Assembly: GCF_038025025.1 (NCBI RefSeq) | Contig: NW_027117346.1 | Span: 1,178,001 to 1,242,000 of the forward strand | DNA: 64,000 nt | Direction of reading: 5' to 3' | Source of the DNA: Phyllosticta citribraziliensis | Lineage: Eukaryota | In this document: piece after piece, positions 1 through 10,666 of the stretch | Layout: each line of letters starts with the position of its first letter | Position numbering within the stretch: the stretch's first letter is position 1 | Made by a program: the position numbers and the translations under genes | The notes under the pieces: generated by a model | Databases searched by the model: none | Told to the model about the DNA's origin: nothing | The model's input: the letters and a program-made list of their open reading frames with translations, nothing else

Positions 1-1
1 T

Positions 2-2154
2 GATTCTGAGCGCTGGGAGACTTGGTACTTGCAAGCGCTCTCATACGACTACCAAATCGATGAGATGGTGGCGTGGTCGGCTGAGAAAGTCAACAGAAAT
101 GACCCTGATTTAATACAACACCAGAGGGCAGCGATACATTGCTACGCAATGGCAGTGGCCACGGCTATCCGACACGCGGACTCTTCCGACAGAACCCAAG
201 ACAAATTGGCGCAACTCTATGCCGACTATGGCATGAGAATGTATGCATCTACGAGGGATCCGTTTGCAATGCAGGTGTTCGCTTTCAAGGAAGCCGAGAC
301 CAGGTTCTTCAGCAAGCATCAGGTTTTGAGGGAGGCCCCATTCAAGCCCATGTCCGAATATTCGGCCTGGAATTTCGCTGCTGGACTGTTCCAAAGGGCA
401 ATCAATCGCAGGCCCGACTACTGGCTCAATTACTACATGCTGGGCAAGTGTCGTTGGAAAATTCAACACAGGGTCTATCATTCCCACCTCCAGGTCGCGA
501 CTGAAGCTACTCTGAATGCGTTCAAACGAGCTATAGAGGAGCTTCCAGAAAAGAGGGGGTCAAGGGATGCAATCCTCGAGCCACATTACAAGCTGCTATC
601 GGTGCTCCACAAAATGGTCCACGCGAAAGACGGACATATGAGGTCGCCATACCACGCCATGGTAGATCTTCAGATCACGCCCTACGCGAGACAGGTCCCC
701 ATGCCTCTTTCCAAACATAGTCATATTATGGAGGGTGATCACGAGGCATGGGACGACTACTGTCTCAAGGTGTTGAAGGTCATTCGGCAGGCCGACAAGT
801 CCAACTGGCATCACAGAATGACCGCAAGGGCTGCCCAGATCCAGTATGGCGATCCACGACCAGAAGAAGCCTTCATGTCGGCCCTCGCCGCCAAGACTGA
901 GCTCACACAGCAAATATTCACCAAAACAATGCAGCTACAAGTATGGAAGCCAGAGTACGAGCGTTTGGGTCGTCATTTTGTCTACACCACACGCTATACG
1001 ACATTCTTCATCGAGCTGCTAGCTCAGACAAATGACAGAGCAGGAATGGAGGCACTGGCCAAGAGAGTGAGACGACGAAATCACGAATTCTACCAGCACG
1101 CAAGACTTTGGCAGTCTCTGTGCCAAACCTATCTCAAGGTAAGTGTCTACCCCCAAAGGCAGACCTCTTTTGTTTCTAACATTGCTCGTAGATGCTTCGA
1201 AAAGCTGCAAAGATTCCCGAAGGCCATGAGGATGCTGTCTTCAAGGCCATTAATCACGAAGAATGGCTCTTCTGGGCCGGCAAACTCGAAGTGTGGTGTC
1301 GAACGCAGGGACACACGTCGCCTGTCTATGAGGTCCTCACAGAAGCCATCGAGCTTCGGCGCTTGAACAATAACCTCATGAAGGCAACGCTGATTGACGA
1401 CCTCATTGGCGACACCTACGCACTGCTGTACCAACAGGTCGTGCCGGAACTGATGGCCGAATCTGGTCCTGCTCCCACATCTGAAACAACGCAGCCTCAA
1501 ACTGGTGCTCTGGCAGCTCCTGAGCGGACCAACATGATGTCCATGCACAACATTATGAACATGGACGGAACTTCGGATCCTCAGGGACAAAACCCAGCAT
1601 TCCATGTCTTGAACCTGCAGTCCTCGGCACAGCCGCAGCCAACACCAGCGGAACCCCCCACGACAACAGCCGGTCCCAAGACCCGGGTTAAGGGTGTCGG
1701 GCGTCGAGAGCTCATGCGCAAAGCTGATGCCGCCGTCACCCGTCCAGCCGCTGCTGCTTCCACAACAACCATTCCCATACGCGCAACGCCGACACCAAAG
1801 TCGGTGCCGCCCGCAGCTGATGCCACTGCCGGTGCAGCTGAGGATCGGGAAAAGGTTAAGGAGGAGCCAGAAGCAGAAGGCGAAGCAGAGGTAGAGGGCG
1901 AGGCAGAGGCCGAAGCCGAAGGCCAGGACGAGCAGCAAGAAGCCGCGCAGGAGACGGCAGAAGAGGGGACGCAGGAGGAGACGGAGACGGGGACCGGCGC
2001 TGCGGAACCGAGCGCGCCGGCCAGCGGGCACGACAGCGCGGGCGACAACGCCGACGACGAGAGCGAGTTGAGTGATTTGGACGAGGACATGGAAGAGCCG
2101 GAGGAAGAGAATGCGGAGGGCTTTGCCAAACACAACGGGGCTGGTCCCAGTTGA
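2..2154 (+). CDS. HIR3: Histone transcription regulator 3 (HIR complex / Cabin1-like), 5'-partial; exons <2..1138 and 1192..2154
   Basis: Frame is open from the window start (DSERWETWY...). Contains Hir3-like motifs ILEPHYKL, DKSNWHHRM..RAA.I.Y, QIFTKTM..QVWKPEYER.GRHFVYTTRY. Intron 1139..1191 (GTAAGT...CTAAC...TAG) joins ORF 29..1366 to ORF 1192..2154. Acidic low-complexity C-terminus. Confidence 0.88.
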
Positions 2155-2900
2155 GCAGCCGGTGTTGGTCTCGAGGCAAGGCAGCTTTTCCTATCTAAGC
2201 CGGGCGATACGGGAAGAACGTGTGGAAATTGAGGTCTGTTATGAGCAGGTGAACTCGAGAGATGCTCTAATCATTGCTGCATGAGCTGACGGAGTGCGTC
2301 CGTCATCGTCCCTGGCGTCGGGCGCTGGCATTGGCGCAAAGAGCATACATACACACCATCGGTTTAATGGTGAGCTTTGTTGATTTCTTGTCTGGAGACT
2401 TTTCGAGCTGCCCAGGCTTCCTTCCCACGTGCTTGTCAGAAGGCCCAAGTCCAAGTGCTTGCTTTCTACATTGGACGACAGTGAAAGGTATTCGCCTACA
2501 ATTAACTTCTCTGGTGGTGCACTGCATGTGTCATTTTCAATGTGTATTCCATGCCCATCCTCTAATACTGTGCAGTAAGCTAAGGGAGATCACATGGCGT
2601 GTCGGACGAGGTAGTAGGTACCTTATTCTTTCATACTTTTTAGTCACAAGCTACGAGTGTGGATGGGACTTGTGTGGCGGGAAGGAAGTAATCATGAGCA
2701 GCACACTGTGAGATGGGCGCTGGATAGTAATCATTCATAAGCAGACCTTTGATTTCTCCCCGCCTATTGAAGATGCTAGTAAAACGAGAGCAAGCAGAGT
2801 CAAAAAGTCGAACCGCCTTGTAAAATCGACTGTGAAACGGACGCGCTGTTCATCCTCCTCTCGAGCAGATTAAATACACATCGCGCTGACAGACCACATA

Positions 2901-4171
2901 TTACAACTTACTCCCCGTCTTCCCCTTGACACCCGTAACCCTCACGACCGCCCGACCATTGCTCAACACGACCTTGCCGCCCTCGACCCTCGTGACAAAC
3001 CTGACCTCGTCCCAGCCCTGCGGCTCGCCCTCGGCGGGGCCCGTCCGCCAGAAGTCGCTGACGAGCGTGTCGCCCGGGCGCACGGGGCTGGCGAAGCGCG
3101 CCTGGAACGACTTGAGGTTGGCCGGGTCGGAGCCGCCAAACGACGCCAGCAGCCCGTGCGCCGTGGTGTTCCACGAGTACAGCCCGTGCATGATGGGCCC
3201 GCCGAAGCCCATGGCTTTGCCTGGCTCCGGCGTGGCGTGCAGAGGGTTGTAGTCGCCGTTGAGACTGCGGGCGTGGGGGGGTTAGTGTTTGGTCGGGAGG
3301 GGAAGGGGCGACATACCGGTATAAGTGGGCGGTCTCTGGACCGGTCTTTTGGACAAAGGTTGCGTCGGGCGAGCGGTCCGTGGGTGGCGGGTAGTTTACT
3401 GCCTTGGGACCTGTGCGTTGTGCGTAAGTAGAGGTCGTTGCTGCCTTCGTTTTGCAGGCGCGTCTCCCGGGCTGTGCCTCTCTCAACTCTCTCCTCCCCT
3501 GAGTTTTTTTTTTTTCTTTTTCCTTTGATGTTCCGTCCCATCACTCCAAATCCAGGGTTCCCATCCAACAAGAAATCAGGATAGTCAAAAACTCACCCTT
3601 CGGTCCTCCCCAACCCCCCTGGCCAACATAAAACCCGCTCCCAACAACCCGGCTATACACCTCCCCAGTGCTCTTCTCCACCAGCAGCGTCTCCGTCTCG
3701 ACCACGGTGCCCGGCTTGCCCTTGTCGTAGACGCCCAGCACCTTCTGGCGGATCTCAAAGGTGCGGCCGGCGCTGGTGACGGGCAGGGGCTTGAGGACCT
3801 CGATGCGGCGCTCGCCGTCGACGGTGCGCTTCGAGTCGAAGGCCGGCACGCCGGGGATCGGGGGCCCGCCGCCGGTACGCGCGTAAAAGTCGACGACTTC
3901 TTGGTCGGTGAGCTTGAAGGGCAGGATCAGGGGGTACGTCGGGAACGCGGCGAATTTGGGATGCAGTTCCTGCGGCGAAGCGCGTCAGCTACGTGATGTT
4001 GACTGCTTGGATGCTATATATGTATACGACTAGACTCACGTAGAGAAAGTGCAGCTCGTCGACCGTGCAGCCGATGCTGTTGGCGAAGAGCAGCAGGTCC
4101 CGCTTCAACCAGGCGACCTCGATGGGCGGGTATTCGAAGCCTACACCCGGACCTTGGTTTTGGTTGCTCAT
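2901..4171 (-). CDS. Peroxisomal MaoC-like dehydratase (enoyl-CoA hydratase 2); exons 4171..4040, 3969..3597, 3410..3317, 3264..2901
   Basis: Spliced frames join cleanly across three GT-AG introns. Hydratase-2 motif YRLNGDYNPLHATP...GFGGPIMHGL and FASPVRPGD. C-terminal PTS1 -SKL. Confidence 0.9.
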
Positions 4172-4559
4172 TTTGGCTCTTTCTTTCTCTTTCTTGGCGT
4201 TGGATAGATTGATGACTTTTGGATGCCTCCTCTTTATGGTTGGCTTGCTACGATGGAAAACCTGGTCGTAGTAAGAAGCGACCAAAAGGCAAGAATGGAT
4301 GATGATTCTCTCGGCGTTCTTCAGGCGGTGTCAAGACACAATTCGGTGTAAGAGCAGCCACTCAAATGCAGGATCTCACAATCAAGCCCAAGGAATCAAG
4401 GTAGAGGGGGAGAGAGAGCAGGAAGAAGTACGCAATGCTGTCAAGCAAAAGTGTCTGTCCGTCGGCGGGGAAGCTGGGGGGGTTATGCTGTTCCCCGTGC
4501 ACTGGCCAATGCGTCTCGCTTGCTGACGTGCTGCTGCGGTGGGGTGCAGACTGCCGATA

Positions 4560-4861
4560 CCGAGGCATCAGCCGGGGTCCGAGGGGTCGTCTGGTCTGTC
4601 GACTAATCCAACTCCTCTTTGCCAGGCTGCTTGGGTCCACATTGCTTGACATTTTTATCGCGAGCACAGGGGACTTGAGTTGTATCTAGAAGGGTGACGA
4701 AAGCCTCCAGGAAGTATCATTGCGTGTGAAGTTTACGTGCTTCTGACCTGACCTAATCCGAAGCTTTGCTCGTGAGTATCAAGATGGACACAGGCAGCAT
4801 CCAGCATAAGTAGGAGATGGTAGGAGATGGGAGGATGCAACTGCCTATGCCGTTGCCTCGG
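4560..4861. promoter_or_regulatory. Three CCTCGG/CCGAGG cores (putative FarA/FarB-type fatty-acid-response sites) upstream of the peroxisomal dehydratase
   Basis: CCGAGG at 4560-4565 and 4579-4584, CCTCGG at 4856-4861. This core is the established FarA/FarB motif of peroxisomal and beta-oxidation genes in filamentous ascomycetes. Confidence 0.45.
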
Positions 4862-5916
4862 AATATGGGCGAAATGGATACATTTTAACGTGCTGCTCTG
4901 TCGACTGACAAGAAGCCGATATCAGGCTGAAAGTATCAATCTATAGTGACTTTTGTCCTCACAACTCTTTCTGAACAAGTTCATTACCAAAATTCACCCT
5001 GTTTTTTGTTTTGGATGCGCCAGCCTAGGTACACTCAGTCCATTCCATCCCAGCCAGCCCAGCCAACGCCTCTGCGTTGCTGGCCACGGACAAATTGTTT
5101 CACAACCTATGTACAGTACATGGCTCTTCCATTCCATCCTTTACCACCGCCGCCACTATACCACCATATCCATTACACCTCGTCACGTGTCTTTGGTTTC
5201 ATGGTGGGAACGTTTTGATTCCTCGCTGTTTGTTGTTCGTCATTGGGGGTTGAATGGTTGCCGGAACTCAATCGCGCGCGAAACACTGAAAACAAGAAAC
5301 CGAACAAGGAAAAATTGACGTGGAAGAAAAGGGCAAAGGGGCGCTGAAGTTAAATTGAATCGAGCGAGACCGCGACGAGAAAAACATGCTATGATGCTCC
5401 GTCCAATGCAAGGTTTGATGGAGGAAAGGGGGAAATAAGAAATCAAGGAAGTAGGGGGCCAAGTGCGGACGAACAACTCCAGCGTGGAAGTGCAAAAGTC
5501 AAGGGGCTGTTGGCTTCCCGCCAAAAGGGCTTCGCAGTGGCAAGCTCCAGGCCTCTCGAAGCGCGTGCCGTTTCCGTGAGCAAGCAGCGACCCTGGTGTT
5601 GTTCGCAATCTTCCACCGAAGCCGGTGGTTTGATTACCTGATAAGATGAGCGCCAGGGTATCGCGAGAATAGCAGAAACCGCCCATCAAGCATTGTTTGC
5701 TTTGTCATTTCATAGTGACCAAACCGGTAACCGAAACCATTTGAATCAACTTTTGACCCAAAAACCCGAACGAAGCCGAACTGTCCGAACAGCAACGAAA
5801 GGCAGGAATAATGCCCTCATGTAGTGAAAAGCGCAAGAACCCTCTCGACCCAAGCATACTTGCCCCGGTCTCAAGGCCAATTTTGAAGCCCGGGATCCTC
5901 ACGGTGCCGTCTCCTG

Positions 5917-8659
5917 TCAGACCTCAAACCCAGCACCGTTGGAGTTGTTGAAGATGCTTTCATCTGTCTCTGGATGCCCGCCAGACTCGATGCCAGTCAT
6001 TCTATCGCCACGCGGCTGCTTCGGCGACTGTGTCCAAGGCTCCTGGACCTTTACGTCCTCGTCCATGGGATCCATATTACCAAAGTGCTCTTCCATGTGG
6101 CTGTCGTCGACGAAAGTGAAGCCCTTGAAGTTGGCTTGTACTGTGGGTGAGAGAGGCGTCGAAGCAGGGTTCATGCCCGCAGCAAGTGCGGCCGCACGGG
6201 CGTTGAGAGACGTTGCTTGGTTCAAAGCATTGGTGAATTCGGGATCAAAGTTGGACGTGTCCAGTTCAGACTTCAACTTGGGTTTGAAAGGCGGGACCAG
6301 GTTCTTCTTGGATAAGGCCTCCCAATCAATGTCGGCGAAAAAAGGATGGGCCTTGAGCTCCTCGGCGTCTCGATTCGCACCCAGCCTGTGCTTCGGGTTG
6401 CGGTTGAGCAGGCCTTTGACAAAGTTGCGGCCTTCGGTGCTGAGTGCATCGCGAGGGAAACGAACCTTGCCGAATGCGATGTTCTTGTACATTTGCTGCG
6501 TGTCTTCGGCATAGAAAGGGCTCCAGCCGCAGCACATCTCAAAGACCAATACACCGAGAGACCAAAAGTCGACCATCTTGGTGTATCCATGCTCGTCGAG
6601 AAGAACTTCGGGGGCAAGGTATTCCGTAGTGCCGCAAAATGTGTTGGTTGTGGAGTCCTCGGTCAGATTGGCCTTGGAGAGACCAAAGTCGCAGAGAGCA
6701 ATGTGGCCATTGGCGTCCAGGAGGATGTTTTCAGGCTTAAGGTCTCTGTAGACAATGTCGTGTTCGTGAAGGTGCTGCAGAGCGAGGATGAGTTCGGCAA
6801 TGTAAAACTTGGCGCGGGCCTCGTTGAAGCGTCCTTCCTTTTGCAAGTGCCAAAACAGCTCTCCTCCAGACATGTAATCAGTTACCAAATACAGGTCGGT
6901 TGGCGTTTGGAACGAGAATTTGAGCCCAACGATGAAAGGCGAGTCTGCCATGGCAGTCCGCACCAGGATGTTGCGCTCTCCCAGCGTGTGGGCAACCTCC
7001 TTCTTTTGCACAATGACCTTCTTCGAAAGCACCTTCATCGCGTAAATACGGCCCGTATCCTTCTTGCGCACCTGGAACACTTGGCCAAACGTGCCCTTGC
7101 CGATCAGCTTGAGTATCTGGAAATCTTCGGGTCCAAATTGCTTCTTCTCTGCCCGCTGGAATTTTAGACGCAGGCGAATCTCTCCCGTGACGAGATCTTG
7201 TTCGCCTTCTCTTGGCTCGAGGTGAAACCATGTGTCCAGGCCCTTTTCGTGTTCCACCAGAGCGGGGCAAAATCTGACGTGTCCCAGGAACGCCTCCTGG
7301 TTGGACTTGTCATACACCGAAACATCTATCTCGGCATGATCACCCACGACGTCACTTCGAGCGCGTCAGCCAAATGCATCGACAAGTTGAGCAAGTGACT
7401 TACAAGGTCGCCTCGTGGTCCCATTTGGGGTTTGTAGTTTCATCAAGTCTCTCCCGAGAATCGAATCCGTGGCTGGAGCTCTGCCGGCTCCGCATGGGAA
7501 TCGCCATGGGCCTTCCAGAGTCGCTGTCGGTGCGCATCATGGCCATGGATCCCCTTGGTGGTTCTTCCTCCTTCTTTGGTCCGGCGGAAATATCCTCTGC
7601 CCATTGGAACTGACACACAACATACGGATCCACGCTCGGCTTGAGCCCTCGGCCCTCGACGATGGAGACTACAAGCTTTCCCTTGAGCGCGGCGCAGTTG
7701 CCGGTTCCCGCGCCGTTGGAAGTGCTGCTACGCGTGGATTGCGAGGGGTTGGAGACGACGGGCGGCGGCTGCTTTGTTTCTTGAGATTGTGTCCTCGGAG
7801 TTTGCGGTGGCGTGTTCTGAGTACGAGCCGCGCTTTCAGTTAGCGTCCTGCTATCCTCGTGGTGTGCTGATGCCGAGGGGCGCCGCGAATCAGAAGGGGT
7901 AGCAACGGCAGGGCTAGACTGGGAGTTTGGCGTGGTTTTAGTTACTGGACTCGCAGGGTTCGCAATGTGTGCAGCGGAGACGGAAGGGTTCGTGATGGTG
8001 CTGGAGAGTGGGCTGGAGGGCGTGATGGTGTGCCGGCGAGCGGTGGGGACAGAAGTGCTCTCAACTTTACCGTTCGCGGAGCGCGAGCGGAGAGGTGCTG
8101 GTGTTGTTGTTGTTGTTGTTGTGGTGGTGGTGGGCCGATCTTGAGCGCTTCCTTCGTCCTTGCTCGCTCTGTGCAGGGAGGATGCAGATGAGATTGGAGG
8201 AGTTGGCAAAGAAAAGGATGGAGTGTCCTGAGGCGCCGCAGCGCGAGAAGCGGGGATGCCCATCTGCTCGTGCGGGAGCAGTGGTGGACTGTGCTCGCTG
8301 CTGCTGCCGCCAGACCTGCTGGGCGAGCTAGGAGCAGTCGGCAGAGCGTTGGCGCCTACCTTTTGTCCCGCACTCTGCAGCGCTCGGCCATCTCCATCCG
8401 CGTGTGCTGTGTTGGTGGTGCTTTGCATGGGTTGGGTGGAGGGCTCAGGGAGCGACGGTCTGGGACGGAAAACCAAAGGAATCGATGGGATGGAAGAACG
8501 AACCTGGCCAAAGTAGCTGAGTATGCCTGGCTGTCGCTTGTCTGTCGGGTCGGGGCGAGGTGTTGCGGCGCCCGGGGGCGTGGAGCTGTTGGAGCCGATG
8601 TGGTCGTGCTCGTCGTCGCCGACGCGGCTGGGAGCGGCAACGTGGTCAGCGGACGGCAT
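5917..8659 (-). CDS. SCH9: AGC-family Ser/Thr kinase Sch9/Sck1 (C2 + kinase + AGC C-tail); exons 8659..7404 and 7354..5917
   Basis: Kinase motifs GKGTFGQV, YRDLKPEN, DFGLSK, TFCGTTEYLAPE and hydrophobic motif FKGFTF. C2 domain (GKLVVSIVEGRGLKPSVDPYVVC). Intron 7403..7355 (GTAAGT...GCTGAC...AAG) joins ATF|DVVGD. Confidence 0.95.
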
Positions 8660-9016
8660 GGTTGGGTAGATGGAGGGGAGAGGAGTCGAGGAGAAGGAGA
8701 GGGGGGTGGTGGTGGTGGTTGAGGAGGGAGTTGAAGATGGGGAAGTGGAGTAGATGATGAAATGCGAGAGAAGGCTATTATTCTATTTCAAGAAAAATTG
8801 GGCGGATCGCAAAATCGAACCACTGGTCCCCTTGCTAAGCGAAGAGAAATGGCGTAGATCCATCCAAGCTAGGGCGGAGGGACTCAACGGCGGCGGCGGA
8901 CTCGATGCAGCCTCGAACTTTTGACCGCATGGCGGCGGCCAGAAGTGCGATGGTGCGGGCGAGCGACGACGGGGGAAGGCAGAGAGCGTGGGTGGGTGGG
9001 TGCGGTGGTGCCGCAA

Positions 9017-9051
9017 CGCAGCGCAGCGCAGCGCAGCGCAGGGCAGCGCAG
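9017..9051. repeat. (CGCAG)n pentanucleotide microsatellite
   Basis: cgcagcgcagcgcagcgcagcgcagggcagcgcag, seen directly. Confidence 0.85.
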
Positions 9052-9102
9052 GAGGAGCGTAGCGGTAGTAGCCGCGGGCAACAGAGGCGGCGCGCTTCAC
9101 AC

Positions 9103-9450
9103 TTACCTCTGACTGATGGCCTGTCGCAGCAGGTCGGTCGCTGAATGCGGGTTCAGGTCGTGGGATGTCGTCGTCATGTTCCTGGCGAGCCTCGGGCTGG
9201 GTTTTGAAAACGAGGACGGCGAGACGGACGACAGGGTCGGCAGAGCGCTGGCACTCTTGGAGGGCGAGGACAAGTCGGGTCGCAGGTTGGGACGGCGCGG
9301 CGGTTGTGATGGTGTTGATGAAAATTGTGGATGTGGTGGTGGAGGAGGATGAGTAGACGCAGACGGCGGACGAGGAATTACGGCGGGCGGAGGTTGGATG
9401 TTCTCGCGGGCATTTGTTGCGTTTGAATTCAGTATCGATGGCTTCGTCAT
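9103..9450 (-). CDS. Upstream ORF / candidate alternative first exon of SCH9 (115 aa if unspliced)
   Basis: ATG-initiated ORF (MTKPSILNSNATNARENIQ...SATDLLRQAISQR) whose stop codon lies inside a perfect donor, AG|GTAAGT, at 9106. Confidence 0.55.
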   Translation of the reverse strand: MTKPSILNSNATNARENIQPPPAVIPRPPSASTHPPPPPHPQFSSTPSQPPRRPNLRPDLSSPSKSASALPTLSSVSPSSFSKPSPRLARNMTTTSHDLNPHSATDLLRQAISQR

Positions 9451-10374
9451 TTTCGGACCTAGCTTGACCCGTCGGTCGCAGGGGGAGGACCGAACGGGAA
9501 GTTGATTGGGCCGGCCAAGGAGAGAGTGGGTCGTGGTCGAGGTGAAGGGGGCAACAGTAGACTCGAGAGAAGAGAGAGAGTATACCTAGAGAGAAAGCGC
9601 CCCACCCCGTTTCTTCACTTGACCGCTCGTTTGGAGGCCGACCAGGCCTTGCCCTTGGGCCAGCGAAAACAGCAGGGCGCCACCACCACCACCACTACTC
9701 CCACCACCCGGTGCGGCCCAAGCCGCTGACGGGGTCCTTTCAACACCGGAAGGGCATAATGTCAGGGCACACGATGAGGTGCATGAACTCTTCAGCTAAC
9801 TACTTGACAGATCCCAAAGGACGCCGTGTACAATGACGGTCGACATATGTAGTGTATCTATGCTGTGCTGCTCGCCTGATAGGAAACACAAGCTGAAGAG
9901 AAGACGACGGCCAAATGCCCAGCCTGCCAGCTCAGTCGCTCCACCGAGGCCAGGGATGACCTGTGCCATGTCTGTCTCGCCGTTTAAACAAGTGGCTGGT
10001 GGCGCGGCTGGAAATAGCTTCACGTCAGCCAGCAGAGATGGATGATTATTCTGTGAATCCAAAGGAAAGGAAATCAGCGTCAGGCGGCCAAGGACTGACC
10101 TGACTGACTGAGCAGAGGGTACGGCCGGAGAGGAGAGCCATGCTGCTTTGAAATGGATAACCTGCTTCCCGCAGGTCCTGGTCTGGTCTGCAAGCAGATA
10201 AGCAACCGCGCGCACCTCAGGCACGCACCGGACGGCAAAGAAACGGAAGCTTCACGTCCAGCAGAGCCAGGGCAAGGAACTATGACGCGATGACGGCAGG
10301 GTCTCTCGGTGCGCGGCGGTGCTGTGCTGGCGTCAGCGGCACTCGCCGGAGATGGCTGGGCTCCGATTCGTGCG

Positions 10375-10424
10375 AGATAAGATTAGATCAGTCCGAATCA
10401 GATTAGATCAGATAAGATAAGATG
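10375..10424. promoter_or_regulatory. Degenerate (AGATN)n pentamer array containing three GATAAG sites in the SCH9/RSC7 divergent promoter
   Basis: agataagattagatcag...cagattagatcagataagataagatg, seen directly. Confidence 0.45.
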
Positions 10425-10666
10425 CACCGTGGTCTTGGCAATCTCGACTTCGGACTTCAGTTGGTTGTCGTCTCGTCTCGCCTCGCCTCTGCTTCGCGCA
10501 AACACCTGCCCTGCCGACGCGCTTGCTCACCTCCGTGCACCACCGCCCACCGCACACCTCACCATGCCTCCCCGACGCTCGCGCGCCGCCGCCGCCCGTA
10601 CGCCCCCCGCTCACCCGACGCCCGCCTTTTTTTCCTTTCTCTTCCCTTCTAACAACAACCTCTCCC

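Noticed and set aside
3411..3596. Unusually long (186-nt) intron in the dehydratase as a possible stwintron or snoRNA host
   Set aside because: A single splice restores the frame (K-G-P-K), and no internal splice set or box motifs were evident.
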